Shown here: piece by piece, positions 44,078 through 53,500 of the stretch
Numbering within the stretch: position 1 is the first letter of the stretch
Layout of the letters: every line of letters begins with the position of its first letter
From: an uncultured Rhodobiaceae bacterium
Lineage (GTDB): Bacteria; Pseudomonadota; Alphaproteobacteria; Rhizobiales; TMED25
Length of the DNA stretch: 64,000 nt
Assembly: GCA_913030915.1 (NCBI GenBank)
Contig: CAJWEW010000004.1
Location: 22,313 to 86,312, forward strand
Direction of reading: 5' to 3'
Made by a program: the position numbers and the translations under genes
The notes under the pieces: model-generated
What the model was told of the DNA's origin: nothing
Seen by the model: only the letters and a program-made list of their open reading frames with translations
Databases searched by the model: none

Positions 44078-44347
44078 ATGTTTAACATAGGTTGGCAAGA
44101 AATACTGATAATTTCAGTAGTTGTTATTTTAATTCTAGGTCCAAAAGAGCTACCCGCAGCTCTTAAAACCTTTTTGGGTGTAACTAGAAAAATCAGACAT
44201 TTGTCTTCTGAATTCCTGAAGGAAGCAGAGAATGTTATCAGTAAAGAGGACCTGGACAAAGTTAAAGAGTCGATGGAAAACATTCAATATGATGAAAATT
44301 TGTCAAATAAAATTAATGAGTCTATTAGTAAAAAAGATAAAAAGTGA
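44078..44347 (+). CDS. tatB: Twin-arginine translocase subunit TatB
   Basis: The 89-aa ORF begins MFNIGWQEILIISVVVILILGPKELP. Confidence 0.8.
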   Translation: MFNIGWQEILIISVVVILILGPKELPAALKTFLGVTRKIRHLSSEFLKEAENVISKEDLDKVKESMENIQYDENLSNKINESISKKDKK

Positions 44348-45159
44348 GCAAATTTTTGGTAAAGAAGAATAAAACAGATCCAACGAACTCAAGTGAAAAA
44401 AAAATGACTATGCTCGAGCACTTAGCTGAATTGAGAACTCGGCTAATCTATTCGTTCATATTCTTCATATTTATTTTCTTTATTTCTTTGATCAATTTTA
44501 AAATAGGAAGATTTCATGGGAGTATATCGGAGTTAGTTTATATTTTCCTTCAAAATCCACTTGCTCAGATTATCAATGAAAGAGGCGGTAGGATGATTTT
44601 TACAGCACTCCATGAAGGCTTCTTCACGCAAATTAAAGTTGGATTTTACCTAGCATTGTTTATTTCATTGCCGATAATGCTCATCCAAATCTGGAAGTAT
44701 ATCTCACCCGGTTTGTATAAGGATGAGAAAAATATTTTTTTGCCATTCATGATAGCAACACCATTTCTTTTTCTATTAAGTTTTTTAATGGTTTATTTCA
44801 TTGTAATGCCAATCGCTTGGAATTTCTTTTTATCTTTTGAAATTCCTTCAACAAATATGGGTCTCCCGATTGAGGTTGAGCCAAGAATATCTGAATATTT
44901 ATCACTTGTACTGAGACTTATACTCGCTTTTGGGATATGCTTCCAGCTACCTATTTTAATCTTATTATTAGTCAGAATTGGAATTATTGATGTCTTATGG
45001 TTAACCAGAAGACGTAAATATTGTATTTTATTCTCATTCATCACTGCAGCGATTTTAACACCACCCGATGTGATCAGCCAATTTCTATTAGCACTGCCGC
45101 TCATATTGCTCTATGAAATTTCAATTATTATTTCTATATTTATGAAAAAAAGAGACTGA
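44344..45159 (+). CDS. tatC: Twin-arginine translocase subunit TatC
   Basis: The 271-aa ORF carries MLEHLAELRTRLIYS and has about 6 TM segments. The start is either a GTG overlapping the tatB stop (44344) or the ATG at 44404. Confidence 0.9.
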   Translation: MSKFLVKKNKTDPTNSSEKKMTMLEHLAELRTRLIYSFIFFIFIFFISLINFKIGRFHGSISELVYIFLQNPLAQIINERGGRMIFTALHEGFFTQIKVGFYLALFISLPIMLIQIWKYISPGLYKDEKNIFLPFMIATPFLFLLSFLMVYFIVMPIAWNFFLSFEIPSTNMGLPIEVEPRISEYLSLVLRLILAFGICFQLPILILLLVRIGIIDVLWLTRRRKYCILFSFITAAILTPPDVISQFLLALPLILLYEISIIISIFMKKRD

Positions 45160-45186
45160 GATTAATATATCATTTGAATTAATCTC
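45158..45186 (+). other. 9-bp perfect inverted repeat (hairpin) at the tatC stop codon
   Basis: GAGATTAAT (45158-45166), an 11-nt loop, then ATTAATCTC (45178-45186). No T-tract follows, so its role as a terminator is uncertain. Confidence 0.3.
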
Positions 45187-45236
45187 ATATGCAAATTATA
45201 TTTATAGAATACGCAATGAAACAGTGAAATAATTAT

Positions 45237-45527
45237 ATGATTCTACTAAATACGCTAATGCTTCTACAATGGATTGCAGGACTCATTGTATGGATGTTAA
45301 TACTTAATGTTGTGATAGAGTGGCTCTTGCATTTTGGGATTTTAAATTCTAGGCATTATCTTGTATCTGTGATTGGTGAATTTTTGTATAAAATGACAAA
45401 CCCCATCCTCACCCCAATAAGACGTTATATACCAACTTATAATGGATTAGATTTTAGTCCACTAATTGCAATTTTCATTCTATTCATCATCAAGGACCTT
45501 ATTAATATACTCATCATAAGCGGCTAA
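45237..45527 (+). CDS. YggT family membrane protein
   Basis: The 96-aa ORF has two TM regions, and LTPIRRYIPTYNGLDFSPLIA matches the YggT repeat motif. Confidence 0.7.
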   Translation: MILLNTLMLLQWIAGLIVWMLILNVVIEWLLHFGILNSRHYLVSVIGEFLYKMTNPILTPIRRYIPTYNGLDFSPLIAIFILFIIKDLINILIISG

Positions 45528-45541
45528 AATATGGGGGTATT

Positions 45542-46435
45542 ATGCCTATAAAAGAAGAATTAAAACATAAAATCATTGATGGTAAAATAATTTCAGGACT
45601 TCTAGTTGAACAGGTAACAGCTGCAATTTCTGACCTTTCTAAAAAAAATATTAAGCCAACTCTCGCAGTTGTTTTGATTGGAGATGATCCTGCCAGCCGG
45701 GTATATGTTCGAAATAAAAAGATTATGTGTGAAAAGGTTGGCATTCAGTCGGTGGAGTATAAGTTTGAAGCAGATATTGAGGAGTCAGAATTGTTAAGTT
45801 TAATTGACTCACTTAATAGAGATAAAGGGATCAATGGCATACTTGTACAATTTCCAATTCCTCCTCATATAAGCAAGCAAAAAACAATAAACGCTATATC
45901 ACCTGATAAAGATGTCGATGGTTTACATCCAATCAATGCTGGCAAGTTAATGAATAATATCGAATGTCTTACTCCGTGCACACCCCAGGGTTCAATGATA
46001 ATGATTAATTCTATCGCTAAAGATACGTCGGGTATGAATGCGGTTGTCCTTGGAAGATCCAATCTAGTTGGTAAACCAATGTCTCAACTGCTAACAAACG
46101 CAAATTGTACAGTTACCCAAGTTCACTCAAAGACTCGGGATATAAAATCATTCACATCACAGGCAGATATCTTAGTTGCAGCAATAGGCATACCAAATTT
46201 TGTAAAATCTGATTGGGTTAAAAAAGATGCCATTATAATTGATGTGGGTATTAATCGAGTCGAGTCAGATCATGGTGCTGCAGCAAAAACAAAACTTGTT
46301 GGCGATGTTGATTTTGAAGATGTTTTTGACAAAGTATCTGCGATAACTCCCGTGCCTGGTGGGGTTGGTCTAATGACAGTTGCTTGTTTAATGAACAATA
46401 CTTTGATTGCAACAAAAGCCCAGCATAGTTTGTAA
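45542..46435 (+). CDS. folD: Bifunctional methylenetetrahydrofolate dehydrogenase/cyclohydrolase
   Basis: The 297-aa ORF carries PTLAVVLIGDDPASRVYVRNK, GILVQFPIP, GRSNLVGKP and PVPGGVGLMT. Confidence 0.95.
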   Translation: MPIKEELKHKIIDGKIISGLLVEQVTAAISDLSKKNIKPTLAVVLIGDDPASRVYVRNKKIMCEKVGIQSVEYKFEADIEESELLSLIDSLNRDKGINGILVQFPIPPHISKQKTINAISPDKDVDGLHPINAGKLMNNIECLTPCTPQGSMIMINSIAKDTSGMNAVVLGRSNLVGKPMSQLLTNANCTVTQVHSKTRDIKSFTSQADILVAAIGIPNFVKSDWVKKDAIIIDVGINRVESDHGAAAKTKLVGDVDFEDVFDKVSAITPVPGGVGLMTVACLMNNTLIATKAQHSL

Positions 46436-46438
46436 GAT

Positions 46439-47650
46439 TTATTTTTTTCTATTTGATAAGAGTTTTAATCTTAGAGAGTTAATTTTTATGAATCCGCTAG
46501 CGTCATTCTGATTATAGTCAGTATCAGCATCCTCAAAGCTAACTAGATCAGTATCGTAAAGAGAATAATCACTTTTTCTGTTCATTACTATCATGTTGCC
46601 TTTATGGAGTTTCAATGTAATTTCGCCTGTAACATATACTTGGGATTGGTCAATTGCTTTTTGAAGCATTTCTCTTTCAGGTGAAAACCACAACCCATTA
46701 TAAATTAACGATGCGTATTTAGGCATTAGTTCATCTTTTAGGTGCATTGAACCTGAGTCTAATGTGAGCTCTTCAATTGCTCTGTGCGCTTTGAGTAGGA
46801 TAGTGCCGCCCGGCGTTTCATATATCCCCCTGCTCTTCATACCAACATATCTATTTTCAATAAGATCAAGCCTGCCAATGCCATTTTGTTTACCAACTTC
46901 GTTTAATTTTTCAAATATTCTAACTGGATTCATAGATGCACCATTAATGGAAATCGGATCACCTTTTTCGAAACCGACAGTTATTTCAGTGGGTATGTCA
47001 TTTGAGTCATCAATTGATAGCGTTCTTTGATAAATATATTCAGGCGGCACGTTTTCAGGATTTTCAATTAACTTACCCTCTGACGAGGTATGTAAGATAT
47101 TAGCATCTATTGAAAATGGTGCCTCACCTTTTTTATCTTTTGGAATTGGTATTTGATTTTCTTCAGCAAACTCGATTAATTTTGTTCTCGATTTAAGATC
47201 CCAGTCTCTCCATGGGGAAATTACCTTTATGTTTGGTTTTAGAGCGTAATAACCCAGTTCAAACCTAACTTGGTCATTCCCCTTTCCGGTAGCACCATGG
47301 CAAACCGCATCAGCACCTGTCTCATTTGCAATCTCTATCTGTCTTTTGGCAATTAATGGTCTTGCAATGGCAGTTCCTAGTAAATACTGACCTTCATATA
47401 GCGTATTTGCTCTAAACATCGGAAATATATAGTTAGATACGAAATCTTCTCTCAAATCCTCGATATATATCTCTTTAACACCCAGCATCTCAGCTTTTTT
47501 TCTAGCTGGCTCTATCTCATCACCCTGTCCCAAGTCAGCAGTAAATGTCACTACCTCACAATCGTATGTGGTCTGGAGCCACTTTAATATTATAGAGGTA
47601 TCAAGACCACCCGAATATGCTAGCACTACTTTCTTAATTTTATTTGTCAT
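46439..47650 (-). CDS. argG: Argininosuccinate synthase
   Basis: The 403-aa ORF carries [26 protein letters not shown] and [11 protein letters not shown]. Confidence 0.95.
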   Translation of the reverse strand: MTNKIKKVVLAYSGGLDTSIILKWLQTTYDCEVVTFTADLGQGDEIEPARKKAEMLGVKEIYIEDLREDFVSNYIFPMFRANTLYEGQYLLGTAIARPLIAKRQIEIANETGADAVCHGATGKGNDQVRFELGYYALKPNIKVISPWRDWDLKSRTKLIEFAEENQIPIPKDKKGEAPFSIDANILHTSSEGKLIENPENVPPEYIYQRTLSIDDSNDIPTEITVGFEKGDPISINGASMNPVRIFEKLNEVGKQNGIGRLDLIENRYVGMKSRGIYETPGGTILLKAHRAIEELTLDSGSMHLKDELMPKYASLIYNGLWFSPEREMLQKAIDQSQVYVTGEITLKLHKGNMIVMNRKSDYSLYDTDLVSFEDADTDYNQNDASGFIKINSLRLKLLSNRKK

Positions 47651-47686
47651 GGTTACAGATATAAAATATTAATTAATCAAAGTATA

Positions 47687-48832
47687 TTATTTTTTACCTT
47701 TAAGCCTTATTGTTTCAGATTTTAATTGGCCACATGCAGCTAAAATATCCTGACCACGTGGTTTCCGAATTGGCGATGAAAAACCTGCGTCTAAAAGTAC
47801 TTTTGCAAATTCTCTAATTCGCTTCATATCCGAGCATATGTAATTACTTCCTGGCCAAGGATTAAATGGGATTAAGTTAATCTTTGAGGGTATATTACTT
47901 AATATTTTAATTAAGTCTTTGGCATCTTGAAGACTGTCATTGACATCTTTCAGCATAACATACTCAAATGTAATTTTACTCGAGTTTTTAATTCTTGGAT
48001 AATTTTCACAGGCTTTAATAAGCTCCCTTAGCGGATATTTCTTGTTTATGGGAACCAGGATATCCCGTATTTCATCTTTTGCCGCATGAAGAGATACAGC
48101 AAGAGAAACACCAATTTCATTACCCACTCGCTCGATGTATGGAACAATACCAGAGGTTGAGAGTGTAACGCGGCGTTTCGATAGCGCTATCCCGTCGCAA
48201 TCTGTTATTATAAGCAATGCTTTTTTAACAGCCTCAAAGTTATATAGTGGCTCGCCCATTCCCATCATTACAACATTTGTAATCTTTCTCACATTATTTG
48301 GATTATTTTTATGCCAATCATCTAGCCTATCTTTTGCAATAAGTAACTGCGATACTATTTCAGCAGTAGTCAGATTTCTAACTAATTTCTGGGTACCAGT
48401 ATGACAAAATGAGCAATTCAGCGTACAGCCTATTTGGCTCGAGATACACAATGTACCTCTTTTTTCTTCGGGTATAAAGACTGTCTCAATTTGATTGTTA
48501 GTTGAGTTATTTTTGTTCGCCAGATCTACCAACCATTTAATTGTCCCATCATGTGATTTTTGCTCATTAGCAATGGAGTTTCTGGATAAAGTATAATTTT
48601 TTGATAATTGGTTTAGCAAGTCTTTTGGCATATTCTTTATTTCAGATAAGTCCGTAACTCCACCTAAAAAAGTCCAATTCCAGAGTTGTTTTGTTCGCAT
48701 AGAATTTTGTTTGCTGGGAACTTTACATTTCTCCAACTCTTCAGAAATCTCTGATTGTAATTGACCATAAATTTTTTTTACGTCTGTGTTATCTTGATTT
48801 GTGGATGGTAACTCTATTGAAGTATCCAGCAT
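47687..48832 (-). CDS. rlmN: Dual-specificity rRNA/tRNA adenine-C2 methyltransferase, radical SAM
   Basis: The 381-aa ORF has the [11 protein letters not shown] radical-SAM cluster motif, MGMGEPL, and C-terminal [11 protein letters not shown]. Confidence 0.9.
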   Translation of the reverse strand: MLDTSIELPSTNQDNTDVKKIYGQLQSEISEELEKCKVPSKQNSMRTKQLWNWTFLGGVTDLSEIKNMPKDLLNQLSKNYTLSRNSIANEQKSHDGTIKWLVDLANKNNSTNNQIETVFIPEEKRGTLCISSQIGCTLNCSFCHTGTQKLVRNLTTAEIVSQLLIAKDRLDDWHKNNPNNVRKITNVVMMGMGEPLYNFEAVKKALLIITDCDGIALSKRRVTLSTSGIVPYIERVGNEIGVSLAVSLHAAKDEIRDILVPINKKYPLRELIKACENYPRIKNSSKITFEYVMLKDVNDSLQDAKDLIKILSNIPSKINLIPFNPWPGSNYICSDMKRIREFAKVLLDAGFSSPIRKPRGQDILAACGQLKSETIRLKGKK

Positions 48833-48862
48833 TTTATATCTTTAATATTAATTTTGTTATGT

Positions 48863-49387
48863 TCAGGAACAAACTGAGTCAAGCTCTTGAAGACTTCTAA
48901 TTACACCTTTTAATGAGTAGTGATCAGTTGTATTTGTTCCAAATTCGGACGTACCTTTAATAATCATTTGATAGCCTTTTTTCATAGCTTCAACTAATTT
49001 TTTTTCTTCATCTTCAGTCATGAGCCACGCATTTATTCCATCCTTGTTTGAAGTCAGTGCAAATGTGCTGTTCAGAATCTTGACTGAAATAGAGGTCCCA
49101 TCTTTGAGCTTATAGCCAATATTGAGGCTTGGTTGATTATAATTATTATCAATTCTTGAAATGAAAAAATTCGGATTCCAATTTTTATCCTTTGGGTCCT
49201 GTTTGATTGGGGTACTCGCAATATAGCATATATTTCTTTTGTCAGTCGAGTGAGTGAAAACACTCCAATCACCAAATCTACTTTTTAGTTGCGGCTGGGT
49301 ATTGGCAAGACCAACAGATTGGGGTATCAGAAAAATTAACAAAAGAAATATGCATATAAATCTGAAATATTTTTTTAATGCTCTCAT
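48863..49387 (-). CDS. Invasion-associated locus B (IalB)-like periplasmic protein
   Basis: The 174-aa ORF has a signal peptide (FICIFLLLIFLIPQSVGLA). W..F....D...CYI.. and the C-terminal Cys fit my memory of the IalB family. Confidence 0.6.
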   Translation of the reverse strand: MRALKKYFRFICIFLLLIFLIPQSVGLANTQPQLKSRFGDWSVFTHSTDKRNICYIASTPIKQDPKDKNWNPNFFISRIDNNYNQPSLNIGYKLKDGTSISVKILNSTFALTSNKDGINAWLMTEDEEKKLVEAMKKGYQMIIKGTSEFGTNTTDHYSLKGVIRSLQELDSVCS

Positions 49388-49463
49388 AGATATATCAATT
49401 CAATTCAATTTATAAAATAAAAAAAAATTATTTATTTTTCGTAAACAAAGTTTAAATAGGCTG

Positions 49464-49949
49464 CTATCTTGTTTTTATACCAAGCGTTTTGATGCGATCA
49501 TACATAACAATTGCACCTGCAATCGCAACATTTAATGAAAATCTTGTTGGAATTCTTACTACGTGATCTGTTCTAGTTAGTGTTTCCTTTGAAAGTGAGC
49601 CCTTTTCAGGACCAAGTATGTATATTGCTTGCAGAGGATGAACAAAATTTTGCAAATCTTCGGCGTCTTCAGTTATCTCAACACCGATTATTTTACAACT
49701 TCTAGGTATTGACATATCCTCTATTTTTTCCCACTCATAATAGGGCAAATGATTTACTGATTTTGAGGTATCTGATTTATTAATTTTATCCTTATTTTCT
49801 ATAACTCTTTTATGGGGACTAATGGTAAATACAGAATTAGCCCCAAAGGCATGTGCAGATCTTATTAAGTTTCCAAGGTTCATGGGCTTTGAGATATTTT
49901 CAACGCCAATTGAGAAATAACCTCTAGGAATTTGTTTTGATTGTCGCAT
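49464..49949 (-). CDS. SpoU/TrmH-family RNA 2'-O-methyltransferase (short form)
   Basis: The 161-aa ORF carries NLGNLIRSAHAFGA, LGPEKGSLS and IPT..SLNVAIAGAIVMYD SPOUT motifs. Confidence 0.7.
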   Translation of the reverse strand: MRQSKQIPRGYFSIGVENISKPMNLGNLIRSAHAFGANSVFTISPHKRVIENKDKINKSDTSKSVNHLPYYEWEKIEDMSIPRSCKIIGVEITEDAEDLQNFVHPLQAIYILGPEKGSLSKETLTRTDHVVRIPTRFSLNVAIAGAIVMYDRIKTLGIKTR

Positions 49950-49954
49950 TCCCG

Positions 49955-50269
49955 CTAAGATTTGAATTTAGCTTCTATTAAGTCAATATGGATCGCTAGC
50001 TCAGTATCTTTTTCAGTTACCCTTCCTTCATCATGCGTACATAGCGTGATGTTGACTTTATTATAAACATTTGACCAATCGGGATGATGATCTAATTTAT
50101 TTGCAATTTTTGCAACCTCATTCATAAAAGCCCAAGCTATATCAAAATTCTCGAAAATAAATTCCTTTGTTATTCCTTTATTATCGGCTGTAGAAGGCCA
50201 GGGTAAAACTTTATCAATCATAATTATCTCACTCTCTTTTTTACTTTTTATTACAATCTCCTGCATCAT
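49955..50269 (-). CDS. phhB: Pterin-4-alpha-carbinolamine dehydratase
   Basis: The 104-aa ORF carries F.NF..AWAFMNEVA.IANKLDHHPDWSNVYNKV.I.L.THD, the PCD signature. Confidence 0.8.
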   Translation of the reverse strand: MMQEIVIKSKKESEIIMIDKVLPWPSTADNKGITKEFIFENFDIAWAFMNEVAKIANKLDHHPDWSNVYNKVNITLCTHDEGRVTEKDTELAIHIDLIEAKFKS

Positions 50270-50360
50270 TACATATATTAATAAATCACATTATCTACTT
50301 GATTTCCAGTTCTAGAATAATTTAATATGTATATATAGCTTTTTATTTATGGAGATAAAA

Positions 50361-51062
50361 ATGGAACCAAACATTTATAAAAATTCATCATATGCCACTG
50401 CAGAAATTGATCAGGGCTTACGTACATATATGTTACGTGTATACAACTATATGGCAAGTGGCCTATTTATAACGGCGATTGTCGCATATTTTGCTGCAGC
50501 TTCAGGTTTGTATCTCGCATTGGCGCAAACACCCCTAATTTGGGTTGTGATGCTCGCACCGCTTGGCATGGTATTTTACCTGAGTGCTCGAATTACTCGT
50601 ATGTCATTCGCATCAGCGCAGGCATCTTTTTGGGTTTTCTCAGGTCTCATGGGATTATCTCTATCTTATATCTTCTTGGCGTATACTGGTACTAGTATTG
50701 CCCGCGTTTTTCTCATTACGTCCGGCTCCTTTGGAGCGCTCAGTTTATTCGGATACACCACAAAGAAAGATTTATCTGCTTGGGGTGCATTCCTCTTTAT
50801 GGGTTTGATTGGCATCATATTGGCATCAATTGTGAATATTTTTATTGGTTCAAGTGGAATGCAGTTTGGGATTTCTGTTTTAGGTGTGTTGATATTTGCT
50901 GGATTTACAGCTTACGACACACAGCAGATTAAACAGATATATTATCAAGGTGACAGTGCTGATGTATCAGGTCGTAAAGCAATTATGGGTGCGTTAAGAC
51001 TTTACCTCGACTTTATTAATCTGTTTATTTTACTAATACAATTATTTGGTTCACGAAGGTAA
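50361..51062 (+). CDS. Bax inhibitor-1/YccA family membrane protein
   Basis: GLRTYMLRVYNYM, 7 TM segments, and C-terminal YLDFINLFILLIQLFG. I prefer the ATG at 50361 (GGAGA 5 nt upstream) over the ATG at 50349. Confidence 0.85.
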   Translation: MEPNIYKNSSYATAEIDQGLRTYMLRVYNYMASGLFITAIVAYFAAASGLYLALAQTPLIWVVMLAPLGMVFYLSARITRMSFASAQASFWVFSGLMGLSLSYIFLAYTGTSIARVFLITSGSFGALSLFGYTTKKDLSAWGAFLFMGLIGIILASIVNIFIGSSGMQFGISVLGVLIFAGFTAYDTQQIKQIYYQGDSADVSGRKAIMGALRLYLDFINLFILLIQLFGSRR

Positions 51063-51065
51063 GTT

Positions 51066-51464
51066 TTATATAACTTTATACTTTTTATTATCTTTATCTA
51101 AAATTTTTAATATAAGAGGGAGTTCACTCCCTCTTTTTAATACCTTACCATCAGTTCCTTTTATCTGATACATTTTTTGACTGCTCCTGAGTTTGGGCAT
51201 TTTATGTATTGTATACTGCGGCATTTCATTGCTTTTTTTAAAGATTGAAAAGATTGCTTGGTCTTTGAGTGTGTCTATTGCATAGTCTTTCCATTGACCA
51301 GAGACCACTTTTCTTCCATATAGTGCAAGTATGTGATTTAGTTCTTCTCTAGAAAAAGATGTTATTCTATTATCCTTAGGGTCTATATGATTTTTGTCTG
51401 ATTGCGTCCAGTTTTTACTATTTGGAGCGCTCCCATATCTATTTAAATTTAAAATATTATTCAT
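51066..51464 (-). CDS. DUF2794 family protein
   Basis: The 132-aa ORF carries F.REELNHILALYGRKVVSGQWKDYAID and VLKRGSEL..ILK, matching my memory of DUF2794. Confidence 0.6.
   Translation of the reverse strand: MNNILNLNRYGSAPNSKNWTQSDKNHIDPKDNRITSFSREELNHILALYGRKVVSGQWKDYAIDTLKDQAIFSIFKKSNEMPQYTIHKMPKLRSSQKMYQIKGTDGKVLKRGSELPLILKILDKDNKKYKVI
51114..51138 (+). terminator. Rho-independent terminator for the BI-1 gene, embedded in the 3' coding region of the convergent DUF2794 gene
   Basis: AAGAGGGAG-ttca-CTCCCTCTT stem-loop with a GC-rich 7-bp core, followed by a T run (5 consecutive T counting the stem end). It lies 52 nt after the stop at 51062. Confidence 0.6.
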
Positions 51465-51601
51465 GATGTAACCATTATTGATTTAGCATAATTAAGAATA
51501 TGGATAATTAAAAGTTAAAATATGTGGAAATTGACAAAAATTACATTATATAAAAAAATGTAGGGTACAAAAAATTACAGAAATAAGTTCCAGAGGTCAA
51601 T

Positions 51602-53467
51602 ATGTCTAAGGGGGATAATAATATCGAGTTTACTGCAGAGGTTAATCGTCTGCTGCAAATTCTAACTCACTCAATTTATTCAAATAAAGAAGTTTTTTTA
51701 AGAGAACTGATATCAAATGCATCAGATGCATGTGATAAATTAAGGTATATATCTATTTCCCAATCGGATGTACCAATAGATGAATTAAAGATAAAAATAA
51801 CTGTAGATAGTAATAAAAAGACCATTTCAATTTCTGATAATGGTATTGGTATGAGTCGGGAAGAGATGATCGAAAATCTTGGGACTATTGCCAGATCGGG
51901 TACAAAAACATTTATCGAAAGTATGTCAAAAGATGACGAAGCAACCTCCCAAATTGGTCAATTTGGAATTGGTTTTTACTCAGCTTTTATTGTCTCAAAA
52001 GATGTTACAGTATTATCAAAAAAATTCGACTCTGAAGAGGTTTACCTGTGGAGTTCGGACGGAACCGGTACCTATAATATTCAGCAAATTAAAGATAAAA
52101 ATATTAGTGGTACAGAAATAACCATCAAATTAGCAAAAGATGCTCATGATTTTGCGGATAAGCAACTAGTTCAAAATACGATAAAAAAATATTCAGATAA
52201 TATTAATTTTCCCATATATCTATCTGAGAGCTTGTCTAGTGACGGGGAACAAATCAACACAGCGGGCGCTATTTGGTCCAAATCAAAGGCTGAGATTACT
52301 GAAGGTCAGTATCAAGAACATTATAATTTGTTAAGTAGAAATTTTGATCAGCCACTTTCAACGATCCATTACAAGGCTGAAGGTCGTTTCGAATATGATG
52401 TTTTGCTATATATACCAACCACACGCCCCTTTGACCTCTTTGACCAACAAAGAAAAGCAAAGTTGAAATTATATGTCAAAAGAGTGCTTATAAGTGATGA
52501 CACAGATATTATCCCGCCTTATTTGAGATTCATAAGCGGTGTTATTGATTGCGCTGATATACCACTAACTGTTAGCAGAGAAATATTACAAGAAAACCAG
52601 GTTGTCTTATCCATAAAGAAAGCGATCAAGAATAGAATAATTTCAACTTTAAATAAATTAGCAAAGGATGATATAGAAAAATTTAATACATTTTGGGAAG
52701 CTTTCGGGCCAGTTATTAAAGAGGGCATCTATGAGGATTACGAAAAAAAAGACGATTTACTTAAGTTAATAAGGTTCAAATCATCCAACATAAAAGACGG
52801 AAACAGATCATTAGAGCAATATATTGGTGATATGAAACCGAATCAAAAATCAATATATTTTATTACGGCAGAAGATTATCAGTCTGCACTGGCAAACCCT
52901 TTATTGGAGGGTTATGCTGCAAGGGAAGTCGAGGTTTTGATACTGACTGATCCTATTGATAGCTTTTGGACAGCAACGGGTATAAAGTTTGAAGATAAAG
53001 AGTTGAAGCATGTATCGCATGGCACTGAAGAATTAACTGATATTTCTGTGACCAAAAAGACAAAGAAGAAGAAATCAAAAACTAAAATCACTGACTCTGA
53101 CTTAAAGAAATTAATAGCTGAAATGACCAGAGTTCTAGGTGATCATGTTAGCGATATCAAAATAAATTCAAGCCTGATTGATAGCCCTGTTTGTATTTCA
53201 ATTGGTGAGAATGGGTATGACAAAACAATGCAAAAAATACTCCAAGAAAGGCAAGGGATATCGCTATCAAAGCCTGTTCTGGAGGTAAATCCAAACCATG
53301 ATGTAATGATCAAACTAAGTGATATGTTTAAGAATAAACAAACAAAAAGTGTCAATACAACAGCGCATATATTACTAGATTATGCTCTTATTATGGATGG
53401 GGAAAAACCTCTAAATATTGAAGAGTTTGGGAAAAATATGCAGGATTTAATTGGCAAATTCAACTAA
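51602..53467 (+). CDS. htpG: Molecular chaperone HtpG (Hsp90)
   Basis: The 621-aa ORF carries FTAEVNRLLQILTHSIYSNKEVFLRELISNASDACDKLRY and GQFGIGFYSAF. Confidence 0.95.
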   Translation: MSKGDNNIEFTAEVNRLLQILTHSIYSNKEVFLRELISNASDACDKLRYISISQSDVPIDELKIKITVDSNKKTISISDNGIGMSREEMIENLGTIARSGTKTFIESMSKDDEATSQIGQFGIGFYSAFIVSKDVTVLSKKFDSEEVYLWSSDGTGTYNIQQIKDKNISGTEITIKLAKDAHDFADKQLVQNTIKKYSDNINFPIYLSESLSSDGEQINTAGAIWSKSKAEITEGQYQEHYNLLSRNFDQPLSTIHYKAEGRFEYDVLLYIPTTRPFDLFDQQRKAKLKLYVKRVLISDDTDIIPPYLRFISGVIDCADIPLTVSREILQENQVVLSIKKAIKNRIISTLNKLAKDDIEKFNTFWEAFGPVIKEGIYEDYEKKDDLLKLIRFKSSNIKDGNRSLEQYIGDMKPNQKSIYFITAEDYQSALANPLLEGYAAREVEVLILTDPIDSFWTATGIKFEDKELKHVSHGTEELTDISVTKKTKKKKSKTKITDSDLKKLIAEMTRVLGDHVSDIKINSSLIDSPVCISIGENGYDKTMQKILQERQGISLSKPVLEVNPNHDVMIKLSDMFKNKQTKSVNTTAHILLDYALIMDGEKPLNIEEFGKNMQDLIGKFN

Positions 53468-53500
53468 TAACTTTTGGTATAATTTGTAGTTGGAATTTGT

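Noticed and set aside
43873-44283. A 136-aa minus-strand ORF spanning the tatA-tatB region.
   Set aside because: It is antisense to two genes with clear TatA/TatB signatures and good RBSs. Its composition is Ser/Phe/Ile-rich and antisense-like.
51465-51601. A heat-shock (sigma-32 type) promoter upstream of htpG, since a TTGACA hexamer is present.
   Set aside because: No -10 element lies at a workable spacing from TTGACA. I also could not fit the CTTG-N17-CYTATNT alphaproteobacterial RpoH pattern, so there is not enough support to report it.
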